IMG/VR virus record: IMGVR_UViG_3300044846_002040
Coordinates: 1 to 38,453 of that record
DNA from: a virus
Lineage: Duplodnaviria; Caudoviricetes
Strand: one strand, 5' to 3'
Length of the DNA: 38,453 nt
The position numbers and the translations under genes are program-made. Shown here in pieces: positions 27,612 through 34,885 of the stretch (position 1 is its first letter; each line of letters starts with the position of its first letter). Under the pieces are notes generated by a model. That model saw nothing but the letters and a program-made list of their open reading frames with translations. It ran no database searches and had not been told where the DNA came from.

Positions 27612-28132
27612 TATGATAAACCTGCTTTCAGTGATCCCCATGTGCCGTTGCCTTTTGGCTGACCAACAACTAATATTCCAGTTGTTGCGTTAGACTTTCC
27701 TACTATTGCTACCGCACCAGAACCAGTTGCTGGCTGTGTTGCTGTTAGTCCTCCACCATCTGCAACATAAAGAACATTTCCAGCGGTAAAAGAAGTTGTA
27801 TTTGCATCAAGAATTACTCCAGAGATAGTAACAACGCCATCTGAGTTATTTGCAATTGCAGAACTTGTTAATCCTAATACTGGAAATGTACTAATATTAT
27901 CGGAATCACATTTTTCAATTGTTGTTTTTGTATTAAATCCAGTTACATAAACTGGTGTTGCTTTTGCAATTGTTGAACCACTTATATTTCTAACTTCTAT
28001 TGTATGATTTACAAGAATAGGCAAGATAAGTTCGATTTGCTCTGCTAATTCTTGTAAATCTCCATGAATATCTACTGGATCGCTAGAAAGCGGATAAGGA
28101 AGGTCATAGTTTGCAGTTACACCAGTTGCCAT
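27611..28132 (-). CDS. Virion structural protein
   Basis: MATGVTANYDLPYP...D.V.HGD...LA N-terminus and 'GNVLYVADGGGLTATQP' decoration-like domain; TGGTATAAT 28142-28150. Confidence 0.6.
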   Translation of the reverse strand: MATGVTANYDLPYPLSSDPVDIHGDLQELAEQIELILPILVNHTIEVRNISGSTIAKATPVYVTGFNTKTTIEKCDSDNISTFPVLGLTSSAIANNSDGVVTISGVILDANTTSFTAGNVLYVADGGGLTATQPATGSGAVAIVGKSNATTGILVVGQPKGNGTWGSLKAGLS

Positions 28133-28197
28133 AATCTTATTATTATACCACTTCATACTGTAATATTTTTAATAAATGTTCGGGTATATTGATAAAG

Positions 28198-28227
28198 TTG
28201 ACTTAAATCCCTAAATCATGTTATAAT
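28198..28227 (+). promoter_or_regulatory. Sigma70/SigA-type promoter for the lysozyme gene
   Basis: TTGACT (28198-28203)-18 bp-TATAAT (28222-28227) with extended TG. Confidence 0.75.
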
Positions 28228-28233
28228 TAATGT

Positions 28234-28253
28234 ACTACCGAAAGGTAGTTTTT
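28234..28253 (+). promoter_or_regulatory. 5'-UTR GNRA hairpin with T-run
   Basis: ACTACC-GAAA-GGTAGT then TTTT, starting at predicted +1. Confidence 0.6.
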
Positions 28254-28274
28254 GTTTCTAAGGAGGTAACACTA

Positions 28275-28826
28275 ATGAGAAACATTGAAAAAAAGGTTTG
28301 GTTGGGGTTACTATCTATCGTTGGCTTGGTTGCGCCTTTTAGCAATTCTGCTAATGCTTTAGATAATAATTTATTGACTAAACCATCCGTTGAAGCCGTT
28401 CCAGCCCCTACAGGGGCTTTTCTGGTTTCTAAGGAGAGTATATTAAAAAAATATGAAAATGCTCATAAATTAACTGATAGCCAGTTAGTTGACCTATTGA
28501 AGGCTATAGGGTTTAAAGGTGATAAATTAAGAACAGCATGTGCAATTGCAAAGGCTGAATCTAATGGAAGACCTTTTGCTTTTAATGGCAACTCAGAAAC
28601 TGGAGATAGTTCTTATGGAGTATTTCAAATAAACATGATAGGAAAACTGGGTCCTGATCGTAGAGAAAAATTCGATCTTGACTCTAACGTTGAATTATTT
28701 AACCCAGTTACTAATTCACAAATAACATTTCACATGACTAAGGGTGGTAAAGATTGGTCAGCATGGAGTTCTGTGAACGGACCACGGTACCAAGAATGGT
28801 ACAACAAGTATCCATGTAAAGCGTAA
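28275..28826 (+). CDS. Secreted lysozyme-like / SLT lytic transglycosylase
   Basis: SD AAGGAGGT; signal peptide MRNIEKK-VWLGLLSIVGLVAPF-SNSANA; AIAKAESNG and SYGVFQIN motifs; W.AW. Confidence 0.85.
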   Translation: MRNIEKKVWLGLLSIVGLVAPFSNSANALDNNLLTKPSVEAVPAPTGAFLVSKESILKKYENAHKLTDSQLVDLLKAIGFKGDKLRTACAIAKAESNGRPFAFNGNSETGDSSYGVFQINMIGKLGPDRREKFDLDSNVELFNPVTNSQITFHMTKGGKDWSAWSSVNGPRYQEWYNKYPCKA

Positions 28827-28837
28827 AGATTAAATAT

Positions 28838-28875
28838 AAAAATACCCTCCTTGCTTTTGGTTTGGAGGGTTTTTA
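28838..28875. terminator. Bidirectional intrinsic terminator between convergent genes
   Basis: ACCCTCC (28844-28850)/GGAGGGT (28864-28870), A-run before and T-run after. Confidence 0.7.
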
Positions 28876-29829
28876 TTTGTCTCGTCTTGGAGGCATCCCA
28901 AGAGATCTATGTTCTACAAATACGTGCGAAACATAATTTGGAATAAACTCTAAATATTTTGTGTCTATTCCAGACTCTATAAAAAACGCAGAAACTTTTT
29001 CTTTTGGAACGTCTAGTTGTCCAGACATCAACATAGAAAGCCTGTTAGTTGATTCTTCAACATGTTTCCAATAAGGTTCTTTTCTGTCGTCTGCCCAAGG
29101 TCTAAGGATTTCTCTTGTTACCGAACCGTTTGCTTGACGGTGTGACTGATTATGAAAAACATCTCTTGTTCCAATAGAGTATATTTTCCAATTTTTTGCA
29201 TAAGTTCTTAATGATAAAGCAAACTCTTCTGTGTTAAAAGATTCTTCATCATTAATTCCAACTTCGTTAACCCATTTTTTAGGTGCAAAAAGATAACAAC
29301 ATGTTGCCCAATATGAACGCACAACTTGATCTATTTCTAATACACTGTATCCTGGAAATTTAAAGCCTGGAATTAATTCAGCAAAAAAAGAACCGTACAT
29401 GGATGATTTGACTATTGCATCAAGATTAATTGCACCGCTTGGCATTATTTCGTAATCTGCTGGGGCATAACAAATAATAAAATTTTCATCATTAATTTTT
29501 AGTTTTTCATATCTTTCAATAGCCATTACATCCCAACCTGGAGATGCATGTGTGTGTGAATCAAACTGTATAAAATAATCATATTCAATATCTACCTGTG
29601 TTGCTAATTCTCTAGCCCAACAAACTCCACCTCTATATTCTGATAAATCAAAATGTCTATAAAATAATTGTTTGTTTGGTATAAAAGATAAGTTATATTG
29701 TTTATTATCTTCTGACACAATAGAAAAATACAATTCTTTTTTATTTTTTGCTTGACTCCACAAAGAAAATATTGTTGAATAAAACTCTGGATCACAATAA
29801 TTTACAACACTGACTAATAGTTTTTTCAT
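28873..29829 (-). CDS. GT-A glycosyltransferase, Skp1-hydroxyproline GlcNAc-transferase (Gnt1/GT60)-like
   Basis: VSVVNYCDPE, GVCWAR, YFIQFDSH...GWD, EE..LS.R.Y...W.IY...H motifs in the family order. Confidence 0.78.
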   Translation of the reverse strand: MKKLLVSVVNYCDPEFYSTIFSLWSQAKNKKELYFSIVSEDNKQYNLSFIPNKQLFYRHFDLSEYRGGVCWARELATQVDIEYDYFIQFDSHTHASPGWDVMAIERYEKLKINDENFIICYAPADYEIMPSGAINLDAIVKSSMYGSFFAELIPGFKFPGYSVLEIDQVVRSYWATCCYLFAPKKWVNEVGINDEESFNTEEFALSLRTYAKNWKIYSIGTRDVFHNQSHRQANGSVTREILRPWADDRKEPYWKHVEESTNRLSMLMSGQLDVPKEKVSAFFIESGIDTKYLEFIPNYVSHVFVEHRSLGMPPRRDK

Positions 29830-30386
29830 TATTTATTTCTTATTTTTGTATATAAATACTGTGGACCTTCAGTAAAAAACCAATGGTTTGGCTCTACATA
29901 AAAAAAGAAAGCATTTGCAACTAAATTTGTTTCTGGATTAGGAAAATCTAGCCTCCAGTGCTCTTGATCATTTCCATAAGATATTACCATGTCGTTTTCT
30001 TCTGGCTGAAACCTTTTTCCCTCTACATAAAAATCCCAGGGTGTTTTATGAAAAATAGTATAATTCATATGATATGTACAAGCATTATCGTCTTTATGTT
30101 TCCACAGTTTTGCTTTATTGGTTTCATAAATACTTATAAGAGACCATGATGGCAAAAGAGTTTCTGATTCAAACTGTTCTTTTGCTAGTGGTAGCAACAT
30201 TTCATGAAATTTCTTTAATGGTTTTATATTTTCTTTAGGATCCCCTTCCCAGATTGTCCACTGATGTCTTCCAAAACTTTCATCAAAGGTAGTTTTGTCT
30301 GTTGACCACAAATACATAGCAAGATTTTGTAATTCTTTATGCTCTTTTTCTGGAAAAATAGTTTTTAACAAATATGGAGATTTCAT
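29829..30386 (-). CDS. 2OG-Fe(II) oxygenase
   Basis: Y.....LWKHKD...C...Y.G....HWR...F.FY; TAATG-coupled to glycosyltransferase. Confidence 0.75.
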   Translation of the reverse strand: MKSPYLLKTIFPEKEHKELQNLAMYLWSTDKTTFDESFGRHQWTIWEGDPKENIKPLKKFHEMLLPLAKEQFESETLLPSWSLISIYETNKAKLWKHKDDNACTYHMNYTIFHKTPWDFYVEGKRFQPEENDMVISYGNDQEHWRLDFPNPETNLVANAFFFYVEPNHWFFTEGPQYLYTKIRNK

Positions 30387-30387
30387 G

Positions 30388-30621
30388 CTACCAATTACCT
30401 ATTGGACATGCTGCCTTTTCTAACTTTGTTTTTGCTGCCATAAAACACCCACATTTTTTGCACTGTTTTGTTAATTTTATTAATTCTGGACATTCCATAC
30501 ATATTGAATATCTGTTATTAGATATTTCTTCAGAAACATAATCTTTTAAATTAACAAGGTGCCAAGGTCTAGTATCTCCAAGATTTTTTTTATATTTTTT
30601 CCAAGCAGATTCTTTTTCCAT
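30388..30621 (-). CDS. Small Cys-rich protein (DUF6171-like)
   Basis: R..IC..CP...QCKKCGCFM..KT.L....CP.G.W; paralogue at 36409-36606. Confidence 0.7.
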   Translation of the reverse strand: MEKESAWKKYKKNLGDTRPWHLVNLKDYVSEEISNNRYSICMECPELIKLTKQCKKCGCFMAAKTKLEKAACPIGNW

Positions 30622-30628
30622 TAAACAA

Positions 30629-30838
30629 TTACCCTTCTATAAAATTATTACCGTCCCATGTCCAACCTACTTTAACATCTAAGTCTGAAGGTATTTCTAC
30701 TATTTTTGGATCAGACTGAAAACCCGCAATAAGTCTTTCTCCAGCGCTTGAATCTTCATTTGTGCTAAACTCACTATCTATTGTAAGTATTGAAAATATA
30801 TCTCCATCAACAATCCCTGCAAATTTTTTAATTGCCAT
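30629..30838 (-). CDS. Small hypothetical protein (GWTWDG..F C-terminus)
   Basis: 69 aa; SD AAGGAGA; promoter TGATATACT 30860-30868. Confidence 0.7.
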   Translation of the reverse strand: MAIKKFAGIVDGDIFSILTIDSEFSTNEDSSAGERLIAGFQSDPKIVEIPSDLDVKVGWTWDGNNFIEG

Positions 30839-30865
30839 ATACTTCTCCTTTTATGTTTAAGTATA

Positions 30866-31414
30866 TCATGCTATACAAATTCCGTTAACCCAACTTCCAC
30901 CCTGGTTACACTGACAATTAAAGCATGCAGCATTTCCACTACAACCATCGGCACATGGTGGTGGTGTTGGTGCAGGTGGAGTTGGTGTTGGTGCAGGTGG
31001 AGTTGGTGTTGGTGCAGGTGGAGTTGGTGTTGGTGCAGGTGGTGTTGGAGTTGGTGCAGGTGGAGTTGGGAAGGATGGGAAAAATGGTGGTGTTGGTACT
31101 GGGGCAACTGGTGTAACTTGATTACTTGATGATGAAAAGTCAGAATCTAAAACAGTATTACTTAACTTTACTGTAAATGTATATGCAGTTCCATTTGATA
31201 ATCCAGTAACTACAATTGGTGATCCAGATCCAGTTTGTGAAATTGAACTAGGAGATGAAACTACTGTATAAGTTAAAGAAGAATCTGGTTTACCCAAATA
31301 TGTTGGTGCTGTAAATGTTACAGACGCTTGCCCATCACCAGCGGTTGCGGTTCCAATTGTTGGTGTTCCTGGTTTACGACCAGCAGATGATAATACGGGT
31401 CCTAGTCTTGACAT
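30866..31414 (-). CDS. Fibronectin type III protein with Pro/Thr-rich stalk and 6-Cys C-terminal knob
   Basis: Start ATG 31414 (TAATG); PGTPTIGTATAG...GLSNGTAYTFTV FN3; TPPFFPSF-(PTPPAPT)x5-PPP-CADGC...CIA. Confidence 0.85.
   Translation of the reverse strand: MSRLGPVLSSAGRKPGTPTIGTATAGDGQASVTFTAPTYLGKPDSSLTYTVVSSPSSISQTGSGSPIVVTGLSNGTAYTFTVKLSNTVLDSDFSSSSNQVTPVAPVPTPPFFPSFPTPPAPTPTPPAPTPTPPAPTPTPPAPTPTPPAPTPPPCADGCSGNAACFNCQCNQGGSWVNGICIA
30956..31090 (-). repeat. Coding tandem repeat, 21-nt units (PTPPAPT x5) preceded by PPFFPSF
   Basis: Five TGCAGG-anchored 21-nt units on + strand. Confidence 0.93.
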
Positions 31415-32136
31415 TATGCAACTAAGTCTCCAAGAACAACCCAAGAGTCGGTGGCACGTTTAATACATACGGCAGATGACCATTGTGCTCTTAATTTTAA
31501 TCCTGGAGTTCCATTTACCGTCGTTGTTCCACCATCTGTTGCTGCTATTGTTACTTGTCCAGAGGTAGTTTGAAGAATTGTAATTTGTGCACCAACTGCA
31601 AAGGCTTGCGCTGCATTTGTTGGAATTGACAATGTTGATGAAGTTGACATTTCAACCATTTTTCCATTATCAGAAAGCACAAGTGTATAAGAAGATCCTT
31701 GTTGATTTATTGAAATGTTTATAACTGGGGCAGTCAATGTTTTATTAGTTAGTGTTGCGGTGTTAGTAAGAGTAACATCTGGGGCTGTCCAGGCTAAGCC
31801 TGATGCCGTTGCAGAGTTGGCTGTTAAAACCGTTCCATTACTTCCAACAGATAAAATAGAAAGTGTATCATTTGCTGAGGCAGAAAGTAGGTCACCTTTA
31901 GCAGCAAAGTCTGTTGCTTTTAATGTTGATCCAATGTCAATAGCAGTTATTTGACTTTGTAAATTATTAATTGTGTAAGCAATAGATGGGTTTACTAAAG
32001 AACCTTCAGAAGCATTTGCGGGGTTATAATTTTCGTCGCCATAATGATATAGGCGTAAGGCTGCTTGAATATCGGCAGCGTTGGACAATCCTGGAATTTT
32101 AGTTGGTACTAATGTACCTATCGATTCTGCTGCCAT
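31414..32136 (-). CDS. Short tail fibre/adaptor protein
   Basis: AKGDLL module; TLTNKTLT; C-terminal KLRAQWSSA...WVVLGDL homologous to that of 21762-23858; promoter 32153-32161; SD GAGGTG. Confidence 0.72.
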   Translation of the reverse strand: MAAESIGTLVPTKIPGLSNAADIQAALRLYHYGDENYNPANASEGSLVNPSIAYTINNLQSQITAIDIGSTLKATDFAAKGDLLSASANDTLSILSVGSNGTVLTANSATASGLAWTAPDVTLTNTATLTNKTLTAPVINISINQQGSSYTLVLSDNGKMVEMSTSSTLSIPTNAAQAFAVGAQITILQTTSGQVTIAATDGGTTTVNGTPGLKLRAQWSSAVCIKRATDSWVVLGDLVA

Positions 32137-32173
32137 ATATCACCTCTCTAGAATTATATCACAAAGATATAGT

Positions 32174-32773
32174 TTAAGATTCTTCATCCACTCCAATTAT
32201 AGTTATATGTAAGTGTGTCGTTACTTGACCTTCCAGTACCGCCCAATCACCATACGGGCCAGAATCAACATCTGTTCTATGTTCAACTGCCTTAAAGTTT
32301 ATTACTAAATCTTCTCCGTCCCCGACAAGTGCGGGTATGCTCATAGAAGAAGCAACTGGATTATCATTTACAATATTATATTGAACACTAAAATTTTCAG
32401 CAACTAATGGTGTAGCGGTAAGAGTAACGATGTCTGAAATTGGAATAGTTATAGAAGCCTCTCCGCCAGAGTAGGTAGTTAAAAAATTTTTAGAATAAAT
32501 TGTTGGGTTTAATTCTAAAATCTCAATCCAAGTTTCTGCTCCAGGTTGTGAGACATATTGGTATAGATATCCATAATCTGCACCTGGTGATGTATTAATA
32601 TACAAATCATTTAATCTTGGTTCTTGCCCAATCTCAATAACATTTGGATCGCCAACACCAACAAATATTTGACTGCCTCTAGTTCCCGTTGCACCAATAT
32701 CTGTTAAAAGTTCTATAGTTTCTGGGGGGCCTAAAACTGTAATGTCATCGTTATCTAATAAAACATCAGGCAT
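32174..32773 (-). CDS. Acidic minor structural protein
   Basis: G.RGSQIF.G.GDP...DLYIN...YLYQY fibre-type motif; TAATG coupling. Confidence 0.55.
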   Translation of the reverse strand: MPDVLLDNDDITVLGPPETIELLTDIGATGTRGSQIFVGVGDPNVIEIGQEPRLNDLYINTSPGADYGYLYQYVSQPGAETWIEILELNPTIYSKNFLTTYSGGEASITIPISDIVTLTATPLVAENFSVQYNIVNDNPVASSMSIPALVGDGEDLVINFKAVEHRTDVDSGPYGDWAVLEGQVTTHLHITIIGVDEES

Positions 32774-33126
32774 TACGCTGCACCTGTAATATCGTTTGTT
32801 ACTGTAATTGATCCAGTTAACAATGTGTAAACTTGTGTTCCGTTTGTAATCTGAACGTCATAAACATATGTTCCAGCGCTAAGTAAATTACCTCCTGCAG
32901 GAGTTATAGTACAAGTAACAATATCGGTTGTTGCATTTACGACCGCAGTCATTCCTTGAGCGTTTGAATATTGGGTAGCGCCAGGTAGGCGAAAATTTGC
33001 AATTGTAAAAATAGCGGTATAGTTTAATAAATCAAAAGCCTCACCATTTGCCGTCTTAGGGCGAATAACAAATTGAGATGTGTCGCCACGGTAGTAATTA
33101 AAATTATAAGTTCCTGGAAATGCCAT
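32773..33126 (-). CDS. BppU-N-like baseplate/adaptor protein
   Basis: YYRGDT..F, YVYDVQI, TLLTGSITV; SD GGAGG; promoter TGGTATAAT 33142-33150. Confidence 0.6.
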   Translation of the reverse strand: MAFPGTYNFNYYRGDTSQFVIRPKTANGEAFDLLNYTAIFTIANFRLPGATQYSNAQGMTAVVNATTDIVTCTITPAGGNLLSAGTYVYDVQITNGTQVYTLLTGSITVTNDITGAA

Positions 33127-33150
33127 TATTCCTCCTGATCCATTATACCA

Positions 33151-33882
33151 TTATGATACTGCTATATGTATGCCTTTTAAAGTAAAAGACCCCTCATTAT
33201 CTGTTCTTATTTGAGGTATACCACCATAGTTTTTAATTTTGTCACTATTTATAAAAATGGTTTGAGAATAAGAAAGGTCGTATTGATATTGATATTTTAA
33301 CAATCCTACATATCCTATTGGAGATAATTCTTCATCTTTTAAAAGGGTTCTTATCCAGACCTCTGTGTTATTTGAATAGGTCTCTAAACAAAAATCATAT
33401 CTCACTTCCACTTTTGATCCTACTTTAAGTGTTTTTAAGTTAATATTTTTTGCTACTTCATTTAATAAAGAAACTGATTTGTTTGGAAGATATGTTTCAA
33501 TGGTTTGGCTATTATCTATGTCTAAGAAAAAAGAAACCCAGCCATCTTCTCCTCTTTCTGGACCAACTTTAAAAGTTCCTATTTTTTTACTAGCATAATA
33601 TGCCCAACCAGGATATTGTCCAGATGGGCTATCGTAGCCCTCAGCACCTTTGCCAGGATCTCCTTTTTCACCTTTGGGACCAATGGGACCTATATCACCT
33701 TTGGGGCCTTTGGGACCTTCTGGACCTACATCACCCCTATCTCCTTTTTGACCAGTCTCACCCTTTTCTCCCTGTATTCCAGGAACGGCAACATACTGAA
33801 CTCCAGTACTATGAGTTTCTTGTATTGTTTCTGAATATTTTTTCTTTTTTATATTAACTGGAAAATCCATGCTTTTAGCCAT
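33151..33882 (-). CDS. Collagen-like (Gly-X-Y) protein
   Basis: 14 consecutive G-X-Y triplets (33655-33780) then globular domain. Confidence 0.8.
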   Translation of the reverse strand: MAKSMDFPVNIKKKKYSETIQETHSTGVQYVAVPGIQGEKGETGQKGDRGDVGPEGPKGPKGDIGPIGPKGEKGDPGKGAEGYDSPSGQYPGWAYYASKKIGTFKVGPERGEDGWVSFFLDIDNSQTIETYLPNKSVSLLNEVAKNINLKTLKVGSKVEVRYDFCLETYSNNTEVWIRTLLKDEELSPIGYVGLLKYQYQYDLSYSQTIFINSDKIKNYGGIPQIRTDNEGSFTLKGIHIAVS

Positions 33883-33890
33883 GGAAACCT

Positions 33891-33977
33891 CTACTTCTTA
33901 ACTTTAAATACTTTTGCCCCAATTTTTATAACTGGTGCAAGATTATCTTTTTTGGCTGATACTTTTACTATTGGCAT
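33891..33977 (-). CDS. 28-aa basic peptide (not in ORF track)
   Basis: MPIVKVSAKKDNLAPVIKIGAKVFKVKK; TAATG overlap with upstream stop; fills the gap exactly. Confidence 0.6.
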   Translation of the reverse strand: MPIVKVSAKKDNLAPVIKIGAKVFKVKK

Positions 33978-34378
33978 TATAAACCTGGAGTTACATTTCC
34001 TAAAACACAGATAGTTCCAATTACTGGTGTCCAGACTGTATCTGCATCTTCTCCGCTACCGCCTTCAATTACGACCTGTAAGTCAAACTGTAGTTCCGCT
34101 ACAACTGAGCGGTATTTATTAGCACCCCAGTTTGTAGTAATAGATGCTGGAGCAAAAATCTCTACATAGCCATCATCGGCTATAGTTGTTAGTTCATCTA
34201 GGATATCGCCATTAGAGTCATAAGAGGTTGCGCTAAAGGTCCAAGATGAGGTGTCATAAGGAGTGGTCTCGTCATCTTCAAAAAACTCTACTTTAAGGGT
34301 TGCGCTATCTCCACGGACTACTGTCCATTGAATGTTGGCTGGTGTAGCACCGTGTTTTTCAATTGTGGATACGCACAT
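33977..34378 (-). CDS. BppU-N-like baseplate/adaptor protein
   Basis: WTVVRGDSA motif; promoter TGGTATAAT 34387-34395. Confidence 0.55.
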   Translation of the reverse strand: MCVSTIEKHGATPANIQWTVVRGDSATLKVEFFEDDETTPYDTSSWTFSATSYDSNGDILDELTTIADDGYVEIFAPASITTNWGANKYRSVVAELQFDLQVVIEGGSGEDADTVWTPVIGTICVLGNVTPGL

Positions 34379-34395
34379 AATATTTGATTATACCA

Positions 34396-34452
34396 TAAAA
34401 TATGCTAAACACCTAGGCGCAGTGGGGGGGTGGGGGCAACCTAGGTGCTAGC
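34396..34452 (-). ncRNA. Candidate small RNA: 13-bp stem with C-rich loop
   Basis: TGTTATAAT 34459-34467 puts +1 at G34452; GCUAGCACCUAGG-UUGCCCCCACCCCCCCACUGCG-CCUAGGUGUUUAGC-AUAUUUUA. Confidence 0.45.
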
Positions 34453-34503
34453 AATCAAATTATAACATTATATATTATCAAAATAGTACAATTGTAACAA
34501 ATC

Positions 34504-34551
34504 GTTATAAACCAGACATATAAAAAATTGTTATAAAGTTGTTATAAAGTT
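34504..34551. repeat. GTTATAAA direct repeats incl. tandem 11-mers TTGTTATAAAG x2
   Basis: 34504-34511, 34528-34538, 34539-34549 in a very AT-rich intergenic region. Confidence 0.7.
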
Positions 34552-34660
34552 TAGCGGTAAAGTTCGAAAAATCCAGGAGTTATAGTGTATACTTAAAATA
34601 TATAAAGAAAAGAATATACTGTAAATAAGTTTTTAAGATATCTTTATATATAATATATAG

Positions 34661-34885
34661 TTACTTAGAATGATCTTTTAAATGCTCAACCATAAGGTCG
34701 AAAATTTTTTCAGTTTTACTTTCTAATCTGGTAATTTGATCTTTCATCGACGAGCCATTATTGGGTTTAATTTCGTAAATAATATCTTCTACGTATTTTT
34801 TAATAATCCATCTAACTCCGATTGCAACAACTCCGACTATTGATAGTAGCGTTAAAATTAATCCAGCCCAGTCTTGTGGAGTCAT
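34661..34885 (-). CDS. Single-TM membrane protein, holin/lysis-accessory-like (leaderless)
   Basis: TM helix then E.KPN.GSSMKDQITRLE motif of actinophage membrane proteins; TGTTATAAT 34893-34901. Confidence 0.6.
   Translation of the reverse strand: MTPQDWAGLILTLLSIVGVVAIGVRWIIKKYVEDIIYEIKPNNGSSMKDQITRLESKTEKIFDLMVEHLKDHSK

Noticed and set aside
14686-30386. Oxygenases plus glycosyltransferase as a DNA base-hypermodification (TET/JBP-type) system
   Set aside because: The motifs are P4H-like and GT60-like rather than TET/JBP. No methyltransferase, thymidylate-synthase or kinase partners are nearby, and the context is virion genes. Not formally excluded without HMM searches.
20962-31090. Tandem repeats as CRISPR arrays
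   Set aside because: No unique spacers; units are in-frame coding repeats; no cas genes.
30871-31116. His/Gln-rich (HLHQHQL) and VELVLVQ ORFs
   Set aside because: Alternative-frame readings of the 21-nt PTPPAPT repeat; the variation is synonymous only in the FN3 frame.
33655-33780. Collagen repeat as main substrate of the P4H-like enzymes
   Set aside because: Prolines are almost all in the X position (only one G-X-P), the usual prokaryotic pattern, and the gene is not adjacent to the oxygenases. It cannot be fully excluded.
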